NCBI GenBank assembly: GCA_045863395.1
Contig: BTVJ01000004.1
Location: 64,001 to 128,000, forward strand
DNA: 64,000 bases
Source of the DNA: Myxococcales bacterium
Lineage (GTDB): Bacteria > Myxococcota_A > UBA9042 > JABWCM01 > BTVJ01
Reading direction: 5' to 3'
Part shown: positions 57,681 through 64,000 of the stretch, piece after piece
Layout: every line of letters starts with the position of its first letter
How positions within the stretch are numbered: position 1 is the first letter of the stretch
Notes under the pieces: generated by a model
The model's database searches: none
Told to the model about the DNA's origin: nothing
What the model saw: the letters and a program-made list of their open reading frames with translations, nothing else
Position numbers and translations under genes: made by a program

Positions 57681-60600
57681 TCAAGAGCGGGCGTCCGAGG
57701 CCGGCGTCGTGTCCGTCGCGCGAACCTCGACCGCCCGCAGGGCGCCCCGCGCCCGCTCGACGATGAGGTAGAGGCAGGGCACCACCACCAGCGTGACCAG
57801 AGTGGAGGTGAGCAGGCCGCCGACCACCACGCGCGCCAGGGGGGCCTGGACCTCGCTGCCCTCGCCGGTGCCCGCGGCGAGGGGGAGCATCGCCAGCACG
57901 GTCGTCAGCGTGGTCATGAGGATGGGGCGCAGCCTCCGGGCCGTCGCCTCCTGCAGCGCCTCCACCAGCGGGCGGCCGTGGGCGCGGCGTGAGAGGTTCA
58001 CCGTGTCGACGAGCACGATGGCGTTGTTCACGACGACCCCCACGAGCACGATGGCGCCGAGGAAGGAGTTCATGTTGAAGGTGGTGTCGGTCACCACCAG
58101 CGTGACCACGACCCCGATGAACGCGAATGGCACGGCCGCCATGATGATCAGCGGGTGAAGCAGGGATTCGAACTGCACCGCCATCACGGTGTAGACCAGG
58201 AACAGGGCGAGCAGGATGCCGATGAGGAGCGTCAGGAAGGTCTCCTCCTGCTCCTCGTGCTCGCCGGCGATGCTCATGGTGAAGTCGTCAGGAACGGCGA
58301 CGCCCTCCAGGGCGCGGGCCAGGTCTGCCACGATGGCGCCCAGGGAGCGGTCGCCCACGGCCCCGAGGACGCGGACGATGCGCTCCTGGTTCTCACGCTC
58401 GATGGCATTGGGGGCGCTGCGCGGGACGGAGTCTGCGACGCTCTGGAGCGGTGTCGTCCCCCCGCCCGGCAGGTGCACGGGCAGCTGCCCGAGCTGCTCC
58501 ACGTCCCAGCGGTCCTCTGCGCGGAGCTGCACGCGCACGTCGAACTCGTCGCCCTGCTCCCGGAAGCGCGTGACCACCCGCCCGAGCACGTAGGTCTCCA
58601 GGGTCTCGGCGATGTCCGCGCGAAGCAGCCCCAGGTCCCCTGCCCTGGTCGCGTCCACGCGCACGGCGCGCTCCTCCAGCGAATTCTCCTTGTCCACGTA
58701 GGCGTTGCTCACCCCGGGGACGGACTCCATGAGCGCAATCACCCGCGCGGCCAGCCCCTCCGCCGTCTCCCGGTCGTGCCCCCGGATGTCGACGGCCAGC
58801 CGCTCGTCCTGGCCGCCGCGCATGATCCGCATGAGGATGTTGACGTTGCCCTGGCGCACTCGGATGTCGGCGCCGGGCATCCTGGCCAGCTCCTTGCGGA
58901 GCGCTGCCATGATCTCGTTGACTCCCCTCGCCCGCTGTGTGACGGGCACCAGGTTGATCTCCAGCTCGCCGACGTTGCTCCCCTCGGTGCGCCACCAGTT
59001 CTCGGGACCCGCTGACGTCATGATGCTCGCTACCTCGTGCTCCTCCATGACCGCCCGGGCGCGCCTCTCCAGCTCCAGCATCCAGGGGCCGGTGTGCTCG
59101 ATGGGGGTGCCCACGGGGAACTCGATGTCCGCGTCGATCTGCCCCTCGTCCGTGTCGGGCATGAGCTCATAGCCGATCAGCGGCACGAGCCTGGTGCTCG
59201 CGACCAGGAGCAGCGTGGCGAGGGCCAGTACGAACCACGGGGCACGCAGCGCGGCGCGGACGGTTGCCTGATATCCGCGATCCACCGCACCCAGAGCGGC
59301 GCCGATGCCGTTTGCGACCCAGGCGAGGGGCCCTCGCGGCGCCCCGACGGCGCCGATGAGCTTCGCGGAGACGCTCGGGACCAGGGTCACGGCGATCACG
59401 AGGGAGCAGAGCAGCGCGAAGGTGACCACCGCGGCCATCTCGCCGAAGAAGACGCTCGCGAAGCCGCCCATGAACACGACCGGGGCGAACACCACCATGG
59501 TCGTGAGAGTGCCGGCCACCACGGCGGACACGACCTCCTGGGCCCCCTCGATGGCGGCGCGCAGGATCGGGAGCCCCTCCTCTCGCTTGCGGTAGATGTT
59601 CTCAAGGATCACGATGCCGTTGTCGACCAGCATCCCGATCCCCAGCGCCAGCCCACCGAAGGAGATGACATTGAGCGTGAACCCGGAGAAGTACATGAGC
59701 CCCAGCGCGGCGAGCACGCTCAGGGGGATGGCGATGGCGATGACGAAGGTGGCGCGCACGTTCCGCAGGAAGACGAGCAGCACGAGCACCGCCAGCCCGG
59801 CGCCGGCGAGGGCCGAGGTCTGCACGTTGGACACGGATCGCCGGATGAAGTCGGACGAGTCGACGAGCATGGTCAGCAGGACCCGTCCGGCATACTCCCG
59901 GTTGATGCGCTCCATCTCCGCGCGCACCCGCGCCGCCACCTCCACGGTGTTTGCCCCGGACTGCTTGGAGATGGACAGGGCGATGCCCGGCTTGCCGTCG
60001 ACCCACTGCTCGGCGTTCTGCTCCTTGAACCCGTCCGTGACCGTCGCGACATCGTGAAGGTAGATGGGGCCCTTCTCCCGAATCGCGACCAGGGTGCCGG
60101 CGATCTCCTCCACCGACTCCCACTGCCCCACCGACCGCACCAACAACTGCCGCCCCGCAGACCGCATGTCTCCGGCCGAGACGTTGCGGTTCTCTCGGGT
60201 CAGGGCCGCCGAAATCTCCCGGGCCGAGACGTCGAGGGCGATCATCTGGGCGGCGTCCAGCTCCACACGAATCTCGCGGACACGCCCGCCCTGAACGCTC
60301 ACGCTCGCGACTCCCGGGACCCGCTCCAGGCGCCTGGACAGGGTCTCGTCCGCCAGGTAGCGGAGCCGCCGCGGGTCTCCCCCTCCGCTGACCCCGATCT
60401 CGGCGATGGGCACCGACGACAGATCGAACTTGAACACCACCGGCCGCTCGGCCTGGTCCGGCAAGGTGCTGCCGAGGCGGTCCATGTAGGCGCGCACGTC
60501 GTTCACCGCGTTGTCCAGATTGGTCCCCCACCCGAACTGCACCTGGATGCGGCTGATGCCCTCCGCCGAGGTCGACTCGATGGACTCGATGCCCTCGATG

Positions 60601-60818
60601 GTGGAGATCACCTGCTCGATGGGGCGCGTGATCAGCGTCTCGATCTCTTCGGGGCCGACCCCCTCGTAGGTGGTCACGATGGAGATTCGCGGGAAGTCCA
60701 CCGCGGGCAGCAGGTCCACGGCGAGCTGACGGGCGGCGACCAGGCCGACCACCAGAACGGCCAGCGCGATCATGGCGACGCCGATGGGGCGGCGGACGCT
60801 GGTCTCGACGACGCTCAC
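57681..60818 (-). CDS. RND efflux permease (AcrB/AcrD/AcrF family)
   Basis: RRP, GMLVDNGIVILENI, GVVVNNAIVLVD, RLRPILMTTLTT, GGLLTST. GTG start overlaps the MFP stop. Confidence 0.95.
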   Translation of the reverse strand: MSVVETSVRRPIGVAMIALAVLVVGLVAARQLAVDLLPAVDFPRISIVTTYEGVGPEEIETLITRPIEQVISTIEGIESIESTSAEGISRIQVQFGWGTNLDNAVNDVRAYMDRLGSTLPDQAERPVVFKFDLSSVPIAEIGVSGGGDPRRLRYLADETLSRRLERVPGVASVSVQGGRVREIRVELDAAQMIALDVSAREISAALTRENRNVSAGDMRSAGRQLLVRSVGQWESVEEIAGTLVAIREKGPIYLHDVATVTDGFKEQNAEQWVDGKPGIALSISKQSGANTVEVAARVRAEMERINREYAGRVLLTMLVDSSDFIRRSVSNVQTSALAGAGLAVLVLLVFLRNVRATFVIAIAIPLSVLAALGLMYFSGFTLNVISFGGLALGIGMLVDNGIVILENIYRKREEGLPILRAAIEGAQEVVSAVVAGTLTTMVVFAPVVFMGGFASVFFGEMAAVVTFALLCSLVIAVTLVPSVSAKLIGAVGAPRGPLAWVANGIGAALGAVDRGYQATVRAALRAPWFVLALATLLLVASTRLVPLIGYELMPDTDEGQIDADIEFPVGTPIEHTGPWMLELERRARAVMEEHEVASIMTSAGPENWWRTEGSNVGELEINLVPVTQRARGVNEIMAALRKELARMPGADIRVRQGNVNILMRIMRGGQDERLAVDIRGHDRETAEGLAARVIALMESVPGVSNAYVDKENSLEERAVRVDATRAGDLGLLRADIAETLETYVLGRVVTRFREQGDEFDVRVQLRAEDRWDVEQLGQLPVHLPGGGTTPLQSVADSVPRSAPNAIERENQERIVRVLGAVGDRSLGAIVADLARALEGVAVPDDFTMSIAGEHEEQEETFLTLLIGILLALFLVYTVMAVQFESLLHPLIIMAAVPFAFIGVVVTLVVTDTTFNMNSFLGAIVLVGVVVNNAIVLVDTVNLSRRAHGRPLVEALQEATARRLRPILMTTLTTVLAMLPLAAGTGEGSEVQAPLARVVVGGLLTSTLVTLVVVPCLYLIVERARGALRAVEVRATDTTPASDARS

Positions 60819-61990
60819 CCCCCGCCCTCGACCACGCGGACCTTTGCCCCATCCGAGAGGTTGCCCTGGCCGCGGACGATGACCTGAGCACCCTCCGCGA
60901 GCTCCCCGGAGACGGCGACCCTCTTGCCCTCGCGGCCATCCACGGCGACGGGCGTCCACCGGGCGCCCCCGTCCACCACGGCAAAGACACCTCGCTCGGG
61001 CTGTCCCGCGTCGTCCAGGCGCTCCACGAGGGCCTCGGCGGGGACGGTCAGGGCACCGGCCACCGTCCGCGTCGGGGAGACCACCTCGGCGGACATGCCA
61101 GGCAGCCACCCCTCCGGCGGGTCGACCACGTCGGCCTCCACCACCACGGTGCGGCGCTGGCGGGTCACCTCCCCTCCGATGCCGCGCACGGCCGCGGCGA
61201 CCTCCAGTGGCCCGGTCGCAGGCGACCGCACCACCACCGCGGCACCTCCGAGCAGCGCCACGTCGCGCTCGGGGACCTCGAACCGGACCCGCAGGGGCCG
61301 CTGCGCGACGAGGCGCACGATGGGCGTGCCGACATGGGCGTAGGCGCCCGCATCCAGATGGCGCACGCTCACGACACCGCCGAAGGGCGCCACCACCATC
61401 GCGTCCTCGATGCGCTGGGTGAGCATGGCGACACGCGCGCTCGCCTGGTCTCGCTGGGCATCGGCGGCGTCCCCGTCCGTCGCCAGCCCGTCCACTCGGG
61501 CCTTGAGCGTGTCCACCTGCTGGCGGCTGACGAGCTGGTCATCGACCAGGGCCTCCGTCCGCTCCAGCTCGCGCTTCGCCGCCGCCAGCTCCGTCCTGGC
61601 CCGGCGGCCTGCCGCCTTGGCCGCCCGCACCGCTGCCCTGGCCTCGGCGAGCTGGAGCTTCAGGTCCGTGACGTCCACCTGAGCGATCTTCGCACCCGCC
61701 TCCACGTGATCGCCGACCCGAGGCTCCACGGAGAGCAGCCGCCCGGCGACCCGCGCCGCCACGTCCGCAGCCTCCGTGGCGAGCTCCGCCGGGTAGGTGG
61801 CCCGCTCGGTGACGGTGCCCACGGTCACCGGAGCCACCTCCACGGACGCCACGCGCTCGGAGACGGGCTTGCGCTCGGCCTCCGGCTCCTCCTCGGGGAG
61901 GGTCAGGAGCAGGATCGCCACCCCGGCCGCAAGCACCACCACCACCCCCGCGCGCACCCACGGCCCCCACCGCCTCGGTCGCGCGCTCAT
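60815..61990 (-). CDS. RND efflux periplasmic adaptor (MFP)
   Basis: N-terminal TM, V.ARVAGRL...GDHV.AG lipoyl half, coiled coil, APFGGVV, PGMSA. Confidence 0.92.
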   Translation of the reverse strand: MSARPRRWGPWVRAGVVVVLAAGVAILLLTLPEEEPEAERKPVSERVASVEVAPVTVGTVTERATYPAELATEAADVAARVAGRLLSVEPRVGDHVEAGAKIAQVDVTDLKLQLAEARAAVRAAKAAGRRARTELAAAKRELERTEALVDDQLVSRQQVDTLKARVDGLATDGDAADAQRDQASARVAMLTQRIEDAMVVAPFGGVVSVRHLDAGAYAHVGTPIVRLVAQRPLRVRFEVPERDVALLGGAAVVVRSPATGPLEVAAAVRGIGGEVTRQRRTVVVEADVVDPPEGWLPGMSAEVVSPTRTVAGALTVPAEALVERLDDAGQPERGVFAVVDGGARWTPVAVDGREGKRVAVSGELAEGAQVIVRGQGNLSDGAKVRVVEGGG

Positions 61991-63249
61991 GGCAGCGCCA
62001 CCCCGAGCTCTCCGCGAGCGTGGATCAGGCGCCACCTGGCGAGCTCCAGGTCGTGGGCGAGGGTCGCGGCGCGCTCGTCCGCCGCGGAGAGCTGCGCCTC
62101 GGCGTCCAGCACGTCGAGCACGGTCGCCAGGCCCGCGTCCAGGCGGCGCCCCACGTCCTCCCGCACCTGCCGAGCGGTCTCCAGGGACCACCGCGCGGTC
62201 GCAAGCTGCCGCTCGTGCTGCTCGACCCGGATCTCGGACGCCCGCACCTCGGCCCCCGCGCGGGCCTCCAGCCCCGCCAGCTCGGCCCGGTGCAGATCCA
62301 CCGTGGCGTCAGCGAGGTCCAGCAGACCGTAGCGCTCCCCTCCGTCGTAGAGAGCCCACCGCGCCTGGAGCTCGAGGCGCCACGTGAGGCCGTCCGGGTT
62401 CGTGAAGGACTCCTGCGCCTGCGCGAAGGTCGCTTGGAGCTCCACGTCGGGCAGGAAGCGCAGCCACGTGAAGGTCTCTGCGAGGCCGTCGCGCTCGTCG
62501 AGCAGCACCCGGACCGCGCGCACGTCGCCGCGGAGCATCTCCGGGGCCCCAGACGCCACGGCGGGGGCGGTCCCGGCGCCAGCGAGCCGCAGACCGGGGC
62601 CCCGCACGTCGAGGACCGCGGCCAGCGCCACGAGGGTCGCCGCCTCGTCGGCGGCAGCGGCGTCCAGCTCCATGGAGGCAGTCGCCAGCGACAGGGCCGC
62701 CCGCTGCGCCTCCGAGCGATCCGTCAGGTCACTCCTCAGCCGCGCCTCGGCCGCGCGCTGGAAGGCTCCCCGCCGCTCGACGGCCGCCTCGGCCGCCGCC
62801 CGCCGCGCGCCAGCACGCTGGGCACCGATGAACAGCTCCACGACGCCGAAGGCCACGGCCTCCGTGTCATAGGTCGCGGCCTCGCGGCTGGCGTCGAGCT
62901 CCACCCCCGCCACGAGCCACTCCCCGAGGGCGCCCGGCCGGAACAGCCCGACCTGCAGCCCCCCCACGAGCGACAGCTCGTCCTGCCGGGCGACGACGCG
63001 GCCCGCGGCTTCCACCTTCTGCTCGTTGTGAAGCCAGGTACCGGTGACCGCGAGGGTGGGCAACACCCGCGCGAGGGCCACGCGGACTGCGGCGGACTGC
63101 TGCCCGAGCCGCGCCTGCAGGGCCCGCACGTCGGGGTTGAGGCGCCGGGCGCGCTCGACTGCCTGCGGGAGCGTCAGCGTCACCGCCTCCTGGGCGCGCA
63201 CGGGCGCTACGACTCCCAGGACCATCCACACTGCGAACAGGACACGCAC
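61987..63249 (-). CDS. TolC-family outer membrane factor
   Basis: Signal peptide VRAQ, LTL.QAV..A...NP, LPTL, LYDGG, GLATVLDVLDAE. GTG start after GAGGAG. Confidence 0.9.
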   Translation of the reverse strand: MRVLFAVWMVLGVVAPVRAQEAVTLTLPQAVERARRLNPDVRALQARLGQQSAAVRVALARVLPTLAVTGTWLHNEQKVEAAGRVVARQDELSLVGGLQVGLFRPGALGEWLVAGVELDASREAATYDTEAVAFGVVELFIGAQRAGARRAAAEAAVERRGAFQRAAEARLRSDLTDRSEAQRAALSLATASMELDAAAADEAATLVALAAVLDVRGPGLRLAGAGTAPAVASGAPEMLRGDVRAVRVLLDERDGLAETFTWLRFLPDVELQATFAQAQESFTNPDGLTWRLELQARWALYDGGERYGLLDLADATVDLHRAELAGLEARAGAEVRASEIRVEQHERQLATARWSLETARQVREDVGRRLDAGLATVLDVLDAEAQLSAADERAATLAHDLELARWRLIHARGELGVALP

Positions 63250-63552
63250 CCTGGCACTCCTCTTGGCCCCGTCACGACACGGGCGGGCATCATACCCGCC
63301 CGAGACGCTCGGGTGGACCCAATTCAGCACGCGCTGGGTCTCCGGGATTCCTTCGCAGTCCCCCCAGGGACTCGTGGCACAGGTCACGCTCCGCCGTGAT
63401 CCAGATCACACCGCGGCGGACACCCCTCCCTACCCTTGAGACTGGGCGCGAACTTCCCGAGTCCCTCCGCGCGCCGGGCGACGCGGGAGGGCACCGGGGC
63501 CGGAGGCTCCGCCGGGAGGCCGCGCAACACCTCATCGCGCGGAGGTTCGGTC

Positions 63553-64000
63553 ATGGTCATGAGGTTGGTAGCTGTGGCCGCGGCGCTCGCCGCGGCGCTC
63601 GGGTTGGCGAGGTGCGCGGAGGACACGTCCGAGACGCGCTCGCTGGCAGAGGTGCGCGTACTGCTCTCGTCGACGGACCTGCGGGCCGGAGACTCGCTCC
63701 AGGCCACGGTCCTCGCGGAGTACGACGACGCCACGCTCCGGGACGTGACGTTCCAGGTGACGTGGGCCTCGTCCAACGCGGCGGTCCTCGACGTGAGCCA
63801 GACGGGGCTCGTGCACGCCAAGGCGCCAGGCACCGCGAAGGTGGTGGCGACCTACGCGGGGATGAGCGGAGAGCTCTCCGTCGCTGTGACCGCCAAGGCC
63901 CTGTCGCTTGTGTTCATCGTGCCCGACGGCATGGAGCTGCGGCCCGGTGCGAGCCAGCAGTTCACGGCCATCGGCAGCTACGACGACGGGTCGTCCTCGG
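63553..64000 (+). CDS. Lipoprotein with Ig-like (Big_2) domains, 5' part only
   Basis: Manual translation MVMRLVAVAAALAAALGLARCAED...DVTFQVTWASSNAAVLDVSQTGLVHAKAPGTAKVVATY...QFTAIGSYDDGS. RBS GGAGG. Confidence 0.85.
   Translation, partial: MVMRLVAVAAALAAALGLARCAEDTSETRSLAEVRVLLSSTDLRAGDSLQATVLAEYDDATLRDVTFQVTWASSNAAVLDVSQTGLVHAKAPGTAKVVATYAGMSGELSVAVTAKALSLVFIVPDGMELRPGASQQFTAIGSYDDGSSS

Overview
Very GC-rich bacterial window. The gene content suggests Myxococcota or a related deltaproteobacterial lineage (inference): many lipoproteins with low-complexity Asp/Ala/Gly linkers, a Ser/Thr kinase, an FHA-type enhancer-binding protein, and bshC/bshA. About 48 CDSs are supported; most long ORFs in the six-frame track are shadow ORFs. 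I found no rRNA, tRNA, transposase, integrase or cas genes. Highlights: (1) A compositionally atypical two-gene island at 5091-8299. It encodes an 82-aa, 12-Cys, three-fold repeated zinc-finger protein whose Cys spacing resembles eukaryotic PHF5A/Rds3. It also encodes a 977-aa protein with a HEPN-like RNxxxH motif, TerB-like and wHTH segments, and three tandem SeqA-C-like domains. This is a candidate undescribed defence system. (2) A Septu/PtuAB-like ATPase + HNH operon, followed within 8 bp by a perfect 38-bp repeat / 37-bp spacer / 38-bp repeat and a structured stretch, with no reverse transcriptase or Cas gene in the window. (3) A porin-multiheme cytochrome cluster (23+13+26 CxxCH motifs) with a beta-barrel, a membrane cytochrome-b-like protein and a divergent, apparently circularly permuted ferredoxin-TrxB-fold flavoprotein. 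(4) Three paralogous secreted fibre/adhesin-like proteins that share an N-terminal module and CxGC stalk repeats but carry different C-terminal heads. The window also has two-component systems, a PIG-L/SSS operon, a FetAB-like ABC pair, a PTS-IIA/dual antiporter operon and an RND efflux system. All family assignments come from motif recognition by eye; no database searches were run.
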